Assembly: GCF_009914755.1 (NCBI RefSeq)
Contig: NC_060943.1
DNA length: 64,000 nt
Strand: one strand, 5' to 3'
Source of the DNA: the human T2T-CHM13v2.0 reference genome, Homo sapiens
The translations under genes were made by a program, and so were the position numbers. The notes below the pieces were generated by a model. The model had not been told where the DNA came from. It was given only the letters and a program-made list of their open reading frames with translations, and did no database searches. Each line of letters opens with the position of its first letter. Position 1 is the first letter of the stretch. Shown piece after piece: positions 17,072-38,897 of this stretch.

Positions 17072-19029
17072 TAAATAAGATTTTTTTTTGTCTATTTTAC
17101 CAGATAGTTTGTTTTAAGTGTATGGAACCATAACTTGTATTTTAATTTTATATTTTGCTAATTTACGGAGTTTATTTATTAACTTAGGTTTTAATGCGCT
17201 GCTTATGGTTTTCTATAAAAAAGATGTAATCTACAAACAGCAAATTTTTACTTATTTGTCTTCAGTTTCAATGGCTTTTTGAAAACTGTTTTGACTAATT
17301 ATTCTGCCATATACTTCAGTGCTATGTTAAAATAGAAGCATTGACAAGGTGCACAATATAATTTTGCATTTGGTGTCTGTGAATTTGAAGGAGCAAACAC
17401 CTCTTCAAGTTTCTATAAACTAGTTTCAGGAGGTAAAGATCTTCTTCCATTGGGCCCCCAGGGTGATGGGATTCCCTCTGGGTTTGTGATGGAGAGGGGT
17501 TGTAGCTTGGTCACAAGATTGCTGGGTCTGCACTAGGGTCCACCTTTAGTTGGCTTGTTACAAAGGGCTTGGATAGTTGTAATTCCCATATTATTTTTGG
17601 ACAGATTGGATATCCTTCAAGACTTTGCTCTGTAGGGCAGACACTAGGGCAGGTTTTTGCAGTAGGGTCTGTATATAATGTACCTTAAATCGGGATGTAA
17701 ATGAGTATGGCTTTTGCTGAGTACCACAGAGGATTTCCTCGGGTCACACTGTGTTGGTTTCTAGGTAAAGAGAACTGGCCATAAACTGTGGCCCAGGAAG
17801 CTGGAACTGAGACTTTGAACTGCTTCAGGCACCACATTAAAAGCCAGGGTCTGCAGGCCTGCCTGCATGGCTGTAAACGGGTGTCTTCCTCCAGGCCTGT
17901 GAAAGGACAGAACCTCTCCCAGACTGCGGCTGAAAGGATTTTGAAATAATTACAGAGTAAATTCAGAATTCTCAGTGGGACCAAGTAGCGTTGGCCATTT
18001 CCTGTCCTGTAGCCAAGACCAGGGGTCCTGTAGTTTGCCACCAAAATGAGAGCCTGCTTTCTGAAGAGAACACCCCTCAATCTTTGGCTTTAGCAGAATT
18101 TCACAACTTCATCCCTGGACTTTAAAGATCTCTTAAAGGCATTTATTTTGGAGATGGGGTCTTGCTACATAACCCAGGCTGGTCTTGAAATCTTGGCCTG
18201 AAGCAATTCTCCAACCTTAATATACCATGTAGCTGTCATTACAGGTTTGAGCCATGAGGCCTGGTACTCTCATAAAGGTATTTTTGTCAGGGATGGCCAA
18301 CAAATTTTCTTGCTGTGGAGGAATAGACAAATAGGGCACCTTTTATTTCTCTATCTTATTAATGTCACCCTTTCTATAAGTTTTTAATTTCTAATTTCTA
18401 TTTCAAATGTGCCTGTAATTTTAGATTCAGACATTTAGGAGCAATAAGCTAGAATTTACATGTTATGTTTGAAGTAAATTAGGTAATTAGTAGGCATTCC
18501 ATATTTACTAATATAGTTACTTACAAATTTAAGTTTGCTACAGGCAAAAAGGAATTATATATTTTCACCCATTTTCTCTAGCCTATATCTAAACAATAAC
18601 ATAATTTATTCATTAAGTATTTGTTTTATATAATAGACTCCAACCATATTCTGCTATATATATATTAAATTATATATACAAAATAAATAATAAATACATA
18701 TATTAATTACATATATATTTTAGCAATGTAAGGCTATTTCTTGCTTCTAAAGTTGGATTACAGCAGTTTCATTTTGTGAAAGAATAGCATACAATTAAAA
18801 CATAAAAATTATCTCTAGTTTATTTTAAATGCTTATTTATTGTTTCTCATTAAAATCTTCTGTTTATGATTATTCTGCATTATCTCTAAAATTTTACTGC
18901 CACACAGTGCCTGTCAATGATTCGAAATACCTGCCTTCCATGAGTACACAGTTACAGTCAAATACTGTAGTTATCTAGACAATTTTTTTTAATGGTACAT
19001 CAGTGTTGCATACCACATTATATGAGTAA

Positions 19030-19382
<353 letters not shown>

Positions 19383-19422
19383 TAAAATTTACCATCTTTA
19401 ATCTGTTTAAGTGTACATTTCA

Positions 19423-19720
19423 GGCCTAGGCATGGTGGTGGCTCACATCTATAATACCAGGATTTTGGGAGACCAAGACAGAAGGATTGCTTGAGCCCAA
19501 AATGTTGAGACCAGCCTGGGCAGCATATAAAGTCCCCCTCTCTCCACACACAAAAAATGTTTTAATAGCCAGGCATGGGGGTATGCACCTGTGGTCCTAG
19601 CTATTTGGGAGATTGAGTGGGGAGGATTACTTGAGCCTGGGAGTTTGAGGCTGCAGTGAGCCATAGTTGTGCCACTGCAATCCAGCTTGGGTGACAGAGT
19701 AAGATCCTGTTTCAAAAAAA
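19423..19720 (+). mobile_element. AluJ
   Basis: ggattgcttgagccc J-type motifs. Confidence 0.85.
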
Positions 19721-20237
19721 TGGTATACATTTCAGGCATGTTAAGTACATTCACATTGTTATACAAGAGACTTCCAGAAATTTTCCATCTTGTAAAACTA
19801 AAACTCAATACCCATTAAATAACAACAACCCATTTTACCCTCTCTCCAGCCCTCAACAAACACCGTTTCTCTTTGTGTTTTTATGAGTGTGATGACTTAA
19901 AATATCTCATATTAGTGGAATTATATAGTATTCATTATTTTGTTACTGGCTTATTTCAGGTGACATAATATTCTCAGTTTATCTTCAAATGTGACAAGAT
20001 TTTATGAGGCTGAATAATATTTCATTGTATTTAGGTATTACATTTTTCAATGTGTTTCCAAATTAAGACATTTGGGTTGCTTCAGCCTTTTGACTTTTGT
20101 GAATACTAATACAATAAACATGACTGTTCAAATACGTCTTCCAGGTCCTGTGTTGCATATTATAGATATAGATTCATAAATGAGATTGCTGTATTTTATG
20201 GTAATTTTATTTTTGATTATTTGAGGTACATTTATAA

Positions 20238-20703
<466 letters not shown>

Positions 20704-21174
20704 TTATGCAATTCTCTACAAAATAGTTATTTTGCATTTTCTTTTAAATGCATTTTCTTATTTGTGTATATTTTTGATAAGAATTTTGTTCAATTATTTG
20801 ACCATTTCTAAATCAACTTATTCAACTGTATTGTTTAGTTTTAAGACTTGTTTATATATTCTGAATATTAACTCCTATCATGTGATTTGCAAATATTTTC
20901 ACACATTTTTTATGAGGCATTGTCACTCTATTGAATATTTTATTTGAGTGCAAAAATTTTGAAGGATAGTGCAGTTAAATTTTTCTGTTATTTTCTTTGT
21001 TGCTGATGCATTTAATGTTGTATCTAAAAAAGTGTTGCTAAGACAAGCGTCATGTTTTTCTTCTATATTTCTAAAAAATTGGTTAATTATTTTTTATGTC
21101 TGGGTATTTTATTTAAAATATTTTTCATATATGGTTCAAGGAAATAATCCAGCTTTATCACTGTTGACACCCAG

Positions 21175-21489
<315 letters not shown>

Positions 21490-21771
21490 GGTATCCAGTT
21501 TTCAACATTAATTTTTGAAGAGATTATCTTTTCTCTATTGTGTGCTCATGGCAACTTTGTGGAAGATCATTTGATCTTTTAAAGGGGGGTTCATTTCTTC
21601 ACTCGTATTCTGTTCTTTCATCTGTTTATGTGTCTTTGTTTCAGTACCACATCGTTTTTATTTTAGCTTCTAGTATGTTTTGAAATTAGAAAGTATAATG
21701 CCTCCTTGTTCTTTTTCATGGGTTTCTGGCTATAGTTGTAATCAAGGTTTAAACTTTTACACAAGATTTCT

Positions 21772-22135
21772 TGTATTGGTTGGTCTGTTCTCATGCTACT
21801 AATAAGAACATACCCAAGACTGGGTAATTTATAAAGAAAGAGGTTTAATTGGCACACACTTCCACATGGCTGGGGAGGCTTCACAATCATGGCACAAGGC
21901 AAAGGAGGAGCAAGTCATGTCTTACATGGTGGAAGACAAGAGGGCGTTAGCAAAGGAACTCCCCTCTATAAACCCATCAGATCTCCTGGAACTTATTCAC
22001 TATCACAAGAACAGCACAGGAAAGACCCACTTTCATGATTTAATTACCTCTCCCTGTCTCTCTCATGACACATGGGAATTGTGGGAGCTACAATTCAAGA
22101 TGAGATTTGGGTGGGGACACAGCCAAACCATATTA
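21772..22135 (-). mobile_element. THE1 (MaLR) solo LTR
   Basis: ttccacatggctggggaggc...gatgagatttgggtggggacacagccaaaccata; 5-bp TSD TTTCT (21767-21771 / 22136-22140). Confidence 0.9.
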
Positions 22136-22669
22136 TTTCTGTTAAAAACTGTGCTATTGAGATTGTTATAATGATTGTATTAAATTTGTTCACAACTGTA
22201 GGTTGTATTGACACCTTTGAAAAATTAAATTTTTGGCCCCTGAGCAAGAATATGTTGAAGAATTTTATATATTTAGTTTTATATACTTTTGGACTTGCCA
22301 GTTTTGCTTTTAATTCCTAGTTTTATTCAATTGTGGTCAGAAAACGCACAGTGTATAATTTTGGTATACTTAAATGTATTTATTGTTGTTTTTAGACAGG
22401 ATCTTACTCTGTCACCTAGGCTGGAGTGCAGTGGCATGATTTTGGCTCACTGTCACCTCAACCTCCTGGGCTCAAGTGATCCTTTCACCTCAGCATCCCT
22501 AGTAGCTGGGACTATAGACATGCATTACCACGTCTGGCTAATTTTTTTATTATTTGTAGGAACAGGGTCTCACTATGTTGCCCAGCCTGGTCTCAAACTT
22601 CTGGCCCCAAGAGAGCCTCTCACTTTGTTCTTCCAAAGTGTTGGGGTTATAGGCATGAGGACTTCATGC

Positions 22670-23043
22670 TGCCATGTAATTCTCAATGTTGAATGTAAGA
22701 CCAGTGGGAGGTGTTTGGTTTGTGAGGAAAAATTCCTTGTGCATGGGTTGGCACCATCCTCTTTGTAATCAAAATTTTACATTCTATTAATTCAAAAGAG
22801 AGCTGGCTCATTAAAAGAACCTGGCTCCTTCACCTTACACTTGCTGTCTGTTACCATGTGGTATGTCCAGTTACCAGTTACTCTTGGCCTTCCACCATGA
22901 TTGTAAGCTTTTTGAGACCCTCACCAGAAGCAGATGTTGGCACACACTTCTTGTACAGTCTGCCGAACTGTGAGCCAAATCTTTTTTTTTTTAAATAAAT
23001 TATCTACTATCAGGCTTCCTGTGTATTCAAAATAATTTATACA
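22670..23043 (+). mobile_element. MST (MaLR) LTR
   Basis: ccttccaccatgattgtaagc...ctcaccagaagcagatg...cttcttgtacagtctgccgaactgtgagccaaat. Confidence 0.75.
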
Positions 23044-23224
23044 GTCTATAATGTTTTCTAAGTTCTCTGTTTTATTATTGCTATTTTATCTGAATTTTCT
23101 ATTTATTATTGAAAATGAGGTCTTGATGTCTACAACTATGTTGCTATGTATTTCCTGCTTCAATTTGTTGATATTTGCTTTATATATTTTGGAGCCCTGA
23201 TATTATATATACATATACATATAG

Positions 23225-23544
<320 letters not shown>

Positions 23545-25759
23545 TAAAGGCATGAGCCACCATGCCCGGTCCTATATAGATATCTATATGTATACATATA
23601 TATGTTATATATACACGTATCTGTAGGTATACGTATATATATACTCATATACATATGGATAGATACCAGTTAAATTGACCCATTTTACCATTATATAATA
23701 TCAGTCTTTGTCTCATGCTAGTACTTAGGACTACCATAATTATGTCTACCATAATTATGCCTACCCACCCAATTATAATTACTATTTGCATGGAATATAG
23801 ATTTTTTTCATTCTGTTACTTTCAGCCTATTTAACTAAATTCTAAAATGAATCTCTTGTATGCAGCATATTGTATGCTGTTTTTCTTAAGCCAATTAGGC
23901 ATTTAATTTTTTAAATATAATTTATTTAATTTTTTATTTTTGAGATAGATTCTCACTCTGTCAGCCAGGCTGGTTTGCAGTGGTTTAATGATGGCTCACA
24001 GCAGCTTCAGCCTCCCAAACTCAGATGATCCTCTCATTTCAGCCTCTCAAGCAGCTGGGTTACAAGTATGTGGCATCACACCCTGCTAGTTTTTTTGTAT
24101 TTTTTGTAGAGACACAGTTTTGCCGTGTTGCCCACTCTGGTTTTGACCTTCTGAGATCAAGTGATCAGCCCACCTTGGCCTCCCAAAGTCCTGGGATTAC
24201 ATTTTTAAAAATTAAATAGTTTAATTAATTTGTATTTAAAATAATTGCTTGAAGAAATGTTTCTATTACCAGTTTTATTGTTATTGTTTTATGTGCTCTT
24301 ATAGATATGTTTTTTCTCATTTCCTATTTTACCACCTTAAATTTTGCTTAATTTTATAGTGACATGCCTTACTTTTCTATTTGTTTAGCATACTTTCTAT
24401 AAATATTATCTTCATAATCATCTTGAAAAATGAAGATTACATAAAACATCTTAAGGTTAAAACAATATATTTTAATCTCATAACTTCAACTGAATACAAA
24501 TACTATACCTCTACATTTTTGTTATTAATATTACAAATTATATCTAATAACAGATTTATGCAGATTTATATTTTGTTTTTCATATTCTGTAGAAGAAATT
24601 TAGGGATTTTATGCACCATCATTATAATAGTAAAGGATTCCATGTGTGTCTGTATATTTACATTTAATAGAGAGGTTTATATTTACATAGTCATATGATG
24701 CTGTGCGAATTTTATTTTTCAGCATAATGGACTCGTAGCATTTCTTTGTTTTTATATGCAAAGTCACCATGTTCCTCAGGATGTTCTTGAACTCCTGGTC
24801 CCAAGTGATGTGACTGCCTGGGCCTCCTAAAACTGTAAGATTACAGGCATGAGCCACTGTGCCTCGCCACCATGTAGCATTTTTTATAGGACAGTGCTAG
24901 TCGTGATGAACACTCTCACCTTTTATTTTGGAAAGTGTTTATTTTTATCTTTTTTTGAAGTAACATAATTTCAAATCAAGTATTATTGGTCAGGTATGAT
25001 TTTATTACCTCAAAATTTGGGAAGTACTTAGTCTTTTTCATTTTCAAGTAAACTCTGTATTACTTTTTCCCTATAGTCTTCTTCCAGCATTTTGTTCATG
25101 AATATATTGATCGACTTGATGCTGTCCAATAAGTATTACATTCTATGTTTTAAATTTGTTTTGCAATTTTATATTTTTGTATTATATATTTTAGAACATG
25201 ACATCTCATACCAGTTAATTGTGTTTTGATTTTTCAGTTTATATTATAATTGTGTATGACAATATTTAGTTCTGAACAATTTAAGACAGTGTGGAGCAAA
25301 ATCAAATATGAATCAGCCATACAGCTAGTGCCAATATAATTGTCTCTGTGTTTGTTTGCCTTTATAAATATTATCCCTGTGTTTCTTTATAACTTGTATA
25401 TTTGTGGTGTAGGTTTGTTGTGAAAGGTTGTTTAATCCTGTGTAGATGAGTAGCCACAAAAATTCTCCTAATTTCAACATCCTATTTATTTGTGAATCTT
25501 CCATATCCGGTTTATTCATGAATCTATATTATTTTTCTGTGAAAGAAATACTTTTGGCTTTGAAGATAATTTAAAAACTACCGACAGGGTGTGGTGGCTC
25601 ACACCTGTAATCCCAGCAGTTTGGGAGGGCGACGTGGGTGGATAACCTTAGGTCAGCAGTTTGAGACCAGCCTGGCCAAAGTGGTGAAACCCCGTCTCTA
25701 CTGAAAATACAAAAAAATTAGCCAGGCATGGTGGTGGGCGCCTGTAATCCAGCTACTCA

Positions 25760-25894
<135 letters not shown>

Positions 25895-26218
25895 CTAGCT
25901 ACTATTGTTCATTTTTACTTGTCAAAAACACATAATAATTTATAATAAAATATTTTCAAATATTCTGGTTTATTTTTTAGTTATATTGACATTGTTATGC
26001 AACATAATTGCTGAAGTGTTTTTATCTTGCAAAGCTAAATCTCAATACACATTATACAACTACCAATTTTTCCAGTATTATGGCACTTTTGAAACACCAC
26101 TCTGTTTTCTCTTCCTAGTGGTGTAACTTCTTTATATATCTCATACAATCTCTGTCTGTTTGTGGCTGGCTTATGTCACTTTGCAAAATATCATCAAGAT
26201 TTATCTGTGTAGTTGTTA

Positions 26219-26634
<416 letters not shown>

Positions 26635-27132
26635 CTATTGGCTTTCCGTAACAATGCTACAATTATTATGGGTATGTAAATGACTCTTTATATGACCATA
26701 TATATGAAAGTTTACGTGTTGCATTCTATTTGATTTGTCTAGTTTTCAGCTTGATACTGATACCAAATTGTTTTAATTCTGTAGCTTTGTAATCTGTTTT
26801 GAAATAAGGAATTATAATGCCTCCAACATTGTTTCTTTTTTTTTTTGAAGATTGTTGGGTACTTTGTTGTCTCTTGCAATAGCACTCCTGAGTTTGTTAT
26901 TGCTATTTTTTCAAAAGTGCAATGAGAAATTTGAAAAACATTGCATTAAATCTGTAGATTACATTAAACAGTATAAACATCTATACAATATTAATTATTT
27001 TAACTTTTGAAAAAGAGCATGCTTGAGTGTATCGTTTAATTTCTATATATTTGTGAAATTTTCAGTTTTTTCCATTGTTTCATATTCTTATTCCATTTTG
27101 TTCATAGAAAGTAATCTATAAAATTTTAGGGT

Positions 27133-27763
<631 letters not shown>

Positions 27764-28072
27764 CAAAATTTTAGTTTTAAAACACTTGTTAAGATTTATT
27801 TTTTGACCTAACCGGTGGTCTATCAAAAAGATTGTATGAGCTATTGCAACGGGTGTGTTTCCTGATGTTGAGAAGTTTTCTCTATATCTGTGTTAGAAAT
27901 ACTTGTTTTATACTGCCTTCAAGTCCACTGTTTCCTTATTAATATTCTCTTGTTTTATTATTATCAGAGAAAGTGAGGTATTGAAATATCCTACTATAAT
28001 TATATTGCTTTCTATGTGTTTATTCAATTATGTCAGTATTTACCTTACATATTTGGAACCCTAATGTGAGAT

Positions 28073-28110
28073 ACACACACACATGCACACACACACACAC
28101 ACACAAACAC
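28073..28110. repeat. Imperfect (CA)n microsatellite
   Basis: acacacacacatgcacacacacacacacacacaaacac. Confidence 0.85.
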
Positions 28111-30307
28111 GCAAACATGAGTATATACAAATTTTTCATAGGTTCCCCATCAATCTATTATTGCTTAATGTCCTTTGTCTTTTTGAGTTTTGACTTCATA
28201 TACATTTTATATAATATGAGTTTTTGACTTAAGATATAGCTTGCGTAATACTATTTTGACCTTTTCTGCTCTCATTTGGTTAATATTTGGATAAAATGCC
28301 TACAGCAATCTTGCCACTTTCAGGCTTTTTTAATTATTAGTTCTAAACTGACTGTTATAGAAAGGCAAGTCTGGCCTTGAGTTTTAATGTTTTTTAATGA
28401 ATCCCTTTATTTGAAACTAGAAAGCTAATTATACCTATATGTAAGTAATTTTCTAAAAGACAAAGACTTCCGTTATTTTATTAATTATTTTATTTGATTC
28501 TTGTATCTTTGTCCCTCATTTTCTCCCTTTCTGTCTTCCATTGTGTCTGTTTCATTTTAGTATTGATGTGGTTTCGCTTCTTTCTTATTTTCTTTTGGGT
28601 GTCTATACAGATATTTTCTTTGTGGTACCTTAGGGATTACATAAAACCTCTAAAAGATAAAGCAGTATATATTTAATCTGGTGAAAAATGAACTTCAGTT
28701 ATATACAAAAATTTTTCCTCATTACATCTGCCCTCGACTTTGTTATTGATATTGCTGATTATATGTTGTATATTTATTAACAGATATTCACAATAATTTC
28801 TGTTCTTTTATTTTTCTAATTTTAGAGCATAATTATAAATGTTTTCTGTCCCATTATGAGAATGATAAGGAATTCTATTTTTGTGTATGTATGTTTCCCA
28901 GGAACATGTATTTTTATATGATTATGTGTTGATTTCTTGCATCGTGTTATTTTCAGTGGAAGAAACTTTTTTCAGCATCTTTGATCTATATAGGCCATAT
29001 GCAGTGCCAATATACTGTCTCGGGATTTGGTTATTTTAGAAGGTCTTTTTTTTTTATTTATTTGGTAGGATGTTTTTGCTGATGATTATTCTTTTCACCT
29101 GACAGCATTTTTTCTTCAGGACTTTGACAATATCACACAGTTTTCTTCTGGCCTGCAAAATTTTCTTTTGAAAAACTCACTGTTTAGTGTGTAACTCTAT
29201 GCCAATAAATGACACATCACTTTTGTCTTGCAGTTCTTGAGATTGTCTCGTCTGTGACATTTTAAGTTGTTCTTATATATGTGTTTTTTTAAATAAATAT
29301 CTTGTATGTGTATTTTTGTTTTTTGAACTTCTTTATTTTTATATCATTTTTCTTTTAGAATTGGTTAATTATCTCTTTGTATTATTTACCTCCACAATTA
29401 CTGTTTTTAAAATGCTTTTAATATTTTTGCCGTTTTTCTTATTTTTCTGATTTTCAGTAGTTGTCTGTGCTCCTTTTACTCATTATTATTCAACTTATTT
29501 TAAATTTCTAAAATTTATACATTTTTATTTTATAATGATTGCTTTCTGAAAATTTCATGATTTGTTTGATGGGGCCATGTTGCCCTAATATTTTGTACAC
29601 ATTGTAATCTTTGAGACTGGGACATTTAAAAAAAAAAAGGCTACCTGTCACAATCTTTACAATGTAGCTTTATCCCGGCATAGTCTAAAACCAGTTGTCA
29701 TGGCTAGACATTCTGGGAGCCTTTCAAACATGTTCTTAGAGTGTGTCTGATCTGAAATGTTTTATTTTCTAGTTTAAAAAGTTTATTTGCACTTCTTCCT
29801 AGTTATCAATCACTTGCTACACTTGTTACCTGTCTGTGGTACTGCAGTCTGTCTGCTGCTGTAACATTTACCTTTGGTCTCAGCAGTCTCAAATTGTCAT
29901 TCTAAAGTATACTATTTTTTTTCAGCATTTTATTTAATGGGAGAATGAAACCAGTGTCTTGAAAGACCCCTAAAAGCCAGACATAGAAATGTATGTGCCA
30001 ATATTTTTCTTGTCTTTTAAATAGAAACAAGGAGTTGGCAATTTACTTCTAAGGGCACTATGTTATACTGAGGAGAAGGAAGTACTGTGTTGGGTTAATA
30101 TAACAGATTTTTCTTTTTCTTCTATGTTGCTTTTTACATCGTGTTAACCTGGGGCACTTTACACACTTAACTCATTTATAAATTTTCCAAAAATGTGTTT
30201 TGGTCAGTATGTTTTTGTTACATTTTATATGTTTTTGAATAAATTAGAGCCTGTGGTATTTTGCTATGCCATCTTCCTTATGTAGTATATACAGTTTTAT
30301 AGGTTAG

Positions 30308-32940
<2,633 letters not shown>

Positions 32941-33474
32941 AGAGAATTAACAGTAGAAATAGCTAAGGCACTGACACTTCAGACATTACACTAAATCAGA
33001 TTGCTGAGTATAGAAAATCCAAAACTACAGTTGGTAAGTAAATTAATTTTATGTAACTTTAAAATGAGTAGACATTTCTTTGAGAAGTCATAATTAAATT
33101 CAAGTATACTTTTTTGATAAAATTATAAAGCTTTTTAAAAGTAAATAATGATGTAAGTCAACTCTCAAATTACTTCATGCTGTTTCTTCATTTCTATTGT
33201 ATTCACCTGTGAAAGCATGTGATCAACTATTGCTGCATCAGAGATATGAGAGATACTTTATTAGGTGGGAATTATATACGACCTCTTCTATAAAATAGTA
33301 AGGACACTGAAATATAAGATGCATAAGAGTCTAAGTGAAGAGGTTCTTTGTGGTTAACTTAGTGATGTATGAAGTAGTTGCTCATGTTATGAGAGAAAAA
33401 CATTTTTAATTTTAGTTAAATGTAAGTTAAAATTAAAATAGTACCATATAATGTTAGTGATTGTACTTTTATTT

Positions 33475-33480
33475 AATAAA
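33475..33480 (+). terminator. Candidate polyadenylation signal AATAAA (one of several candidates)
   Basis: AATAAA about 1.6 kb after the stop with U-rich downstream sequence; usage cannot be shown from sequence. Confidence 0.3.
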
Positions 33481-33546
33481 ATGCAGTACATTTTAAAATT
33501 TTTAGATTATTTGTGGACTTAATTTATAATTAAATATTTTCTTTTA

Positions 33547-33875
<329 letters not shown>

Positions 33876-35787
33876 GACTTGTGCATTCAGTGGAGTATTA
33901 TTATTCCACTAACTTTAACATACCCCACCTTACTCAAGGGTGTAGGTAAAATATGGTAACAATATGCTATTTGGCAACATAGTGGAATAACACCTCTAGT
34001 AATCTCTTCTGCCAATGGCTTCAAATTGCAAATAAGTTAAAAAATATTTTTCCCATAGGTTACATTTTTATCCTTTTTTTCTTAAATTTATTCTTTTTAA
34101 TTTTGTGGTTACACAGTATGTGTATATATTTATGCCATATATGGCATATTTTGGTACAGGCATATAATATATAATAGTTACATCAGGATAAATGAGGCAT
34201 CCATCACCTCTAGCATTTATCCTTTTTATTACAAACAATTTGATTAGTAAAATAAAAATATTGTTATTTTAAAATATTAAAAGTACTTTATTTTAAAATT
34301 TGCAATTGTTCTGACTACAGGGTCATTTTTATGGTCATAATAAAATTTATATAGAAGTATAAATAAAATTGATACATTTCTAAGTACTGAATAAATATTT
34401 AAAGAATTTGTTACATATTTTTCTTTGAACATGATTTATCTCTGCCTGCAAACACATATAGGCTTTTAGTTTTGATTTACATAGAGTTAAACATATACAT
34501 ATATTACTCTAAAGATAAACCTTAGGTGTAAGAAAATTATGAAGTAAGTGTGTATGAGTATGAGTTTGTACCCATTTTTGGAAGGAGAAAGCAATATTGG
34601 AACAAAACAAATTATTTTAATAAGGTGACTTATTAGAAAACTAAAAACCTCGAAAATGTTGAAAGCAAATCTATACTCTGTGCATTGTATTGAATTCATT
34701 GCTATAAAATGTTAGGGCTTATAGTTCAGAATCTCCCTATGCACATTCTCTGTTTTTACTTGTCTGGTACTCATGCTAGACCCATAATGTTCTTGTTTTG
34801 TATTTTATGAAGTACTCATTATGTGAGCTGGTCAGGGATTATAAGAATGATTTTTATGAAATTTAAGAGTGCACACAAAATAATTTTTAGATGTAATTAC
34901 AAAATTAGTTATATTTTTATATAAGTTAGTTTTTATATAATAGTTATATTGTTATATTTTAACGTTTGATTTTTGTTTTATTGGAGAAACCTGTATAAGG
35001 CTAATTTTCTTTATTGTTTCTTTCACTTTTTATAATTGACATAAGTAAATCTATTGAGTGAGCTAATTTGCTTTGGTAAGTACTAGGGAGACTTCATAAG
35101 TCATGAGGATGTTTTTACATATAAATGTAGCAAACAAATATGACAGTTCTTCTGAGTAAAACATGCTTTATAATAAGTCATAAATATTTTTGCTGGAGTT
35201 AGTTTGTAACTTCAAGTCAGAGATGGAAAATAGCAATGGTGAAGAAATAACATTGATTCATCATGTGGAGAGGACATTTTCAGGCTGCAAAGCTGACTTG
35301 CTGAATTTAAACACAAATTCTGCTGCTTTTATTTTCTACTGATCTTCAGTTTTGTCTTACTTAGTGTATTCCAACTATATATGCATCACAGTCTTTCTTC
35401 TTTTACTGTGTTATGACTACAGTTTTCTCATTGTTGTCTTCATGCCATGTCATTTTACATGGTAGTTTGTGGGTTCTCATGAGAAAGTTGGTATTTTTAA
35501 TGCATTGAAAAATTGGTTTTAACTGAAGAATTTGCTTATCAATAAAACTTTCAGATTAGTCAATTAAGAGAATAGACATACACTGTTAACAAGTGAAAAG
35601 ATTACATCAGTTAGCTTTTTCTTTGTAAAAAAAAAAAGTTTTATTCTTGCAAAAAGCATGGCAAATATAAAATTTGTAAAAATATTTCAGAAATTAGATT
35701 CTAAATAGAGTTAATGGTAAATGAACAATTTTAAATTTAATTTTCTATGATATATTTATAGCACAACTTATGTTTCTATGCAGAATC

Positions 35788-36935
<1,148 letters not shown>

Positions 36936-37354
36936 TAATTCCAGACTATTTTAGTCACTGTAAAAACTTAATATTCTTTAATTATTAAATAGGAAAAAGT
37001 ATTCTGATATTAGTGTTTCTGAAACTTTCAGAAAGTGTAAACCAGTAAAAAAATGATCAGGTATATGCAGACCATAAGTTTTCTATTTAATCATAGGCTC
37101 ATTCTAGCTTTTAATATAAAAATTTGATAAAAGGTAAAATGAGTGGTTCTTTTAAATAATAAGAGAAATATCATTGTTAGTAGCCATTTACCAATGTATT
37201 TTTGTTAGGCTTAGTAATGAGTACTTTAAACCAAAAATCCAGTTCTACATACTATCTAAAGGTATAAATAGTGATTTTTAAATTCCTTTTAGATTCTACT
37301 AAAGTAGAAAATTCAAAGCCAAAATGTTACGTTGGAAATGGAAAAAAGCATTAG

Positions 37355-37612
37355 GCGAGAGGGTGTTGGGCTTAATGATTAAGATTGATACTTAGTATGA
37401 GGTGGTTCCTGTTTGCATCCTAGTTCTGCCACTTATGAGCTGTATGACCTGAATACAGTTTGTTAACCTCCGTGTGCTTAACCCTTAAGCTGTACAGTGA
37501 GGATAATAGTGCTTAAATCTTAGGATATTAGTAAAATCAGAGCAATTAATACTGATAAAGGTACCAGAAGAGTTCCCAGCACATCGTGAGTGTACAGGAA
37601 ATTTATCAGCTC
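37355..37612 (+). mobile_element. MIR SINE
   Basis: atcctagttctgccacttatgagctgtatgacct...ttaacctccgtgtgct...gaggataatagtgc core. Confidence 0.7.
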
Positions 37613-38195
37613 TTGTTGATTCTGTTAGCTCGTGATCAATGTTGAGCCTAAAAAGAACGTGGCCGAATCAGTGGTTTGTAACCCATGTTTATTCTAATCA
37701 GTCAGTCCGGGGCTATAATGGTAGTTGGATGTTTTTAATACTATCTTTGGCAAATTCCCATATATTCACATACAGCATAGTTACAAATATCTGTGGAAAG
37801 ATTTCTTGTTGAGTACTGCTCCTTAGCACTCCAGTAACACTAGATAAATAAGCACTTAAATGCCTAGTGTTTGTCAGTGTTAAAATTAAAGAGGCAAATT
37901 GTTTCTTCATCTGCTTGTTTAATAAATTTCTTATTGCCAAGTATTTATGTTCATTTGTTAAACTTAAATGTAGTTTACAAATATGTATTCAAATATTTTT
38001 TCTCTAACAAGTGAAGGAAATCATCTACTTAGACATTTAGAGAAAACTTTAAACAGTTGCTTTAGAGTCTGTTTCTTAGTATTACGTTATGTTGAACATT
38101 CAAATCAAGATATTTTATTTCTGAATTTTGGGTCCAGACTATTAATAATATTAAAAGTTTACCTACCTACATTACTAAATGAGAAAGGCATTTGA

Positions 38196-38325
38196 AATAT
38201 ATATATATATAAAATATAAATATATATATATATATTTCTTCATCTTATAATTCCAGGAAACATATGTTTTAATTTATATATATGTGTTTATATATATATA
38301 TGTATATGTTTTAATTTATGTATGT
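38196..38325. repeat. (TA)n-rich low-complexity tract with imperfect inverted symmetry
   Basis: atatat runs; ttcttcatctta...ccaggaaacata mirrored by tatgtttcctgg...taagatgaagaa. Confidence 0.7.
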
Positions 38326-38410
38326 TTCCTGGCATTTTAAGATGAAGAAACACTTTTTCTCTGACCCAATTTCTTAACGTTTATCTCTTTAAAAAAAAAA
38401 AAAATGTACT

Positions 38411-38897
<487 letters not shown>

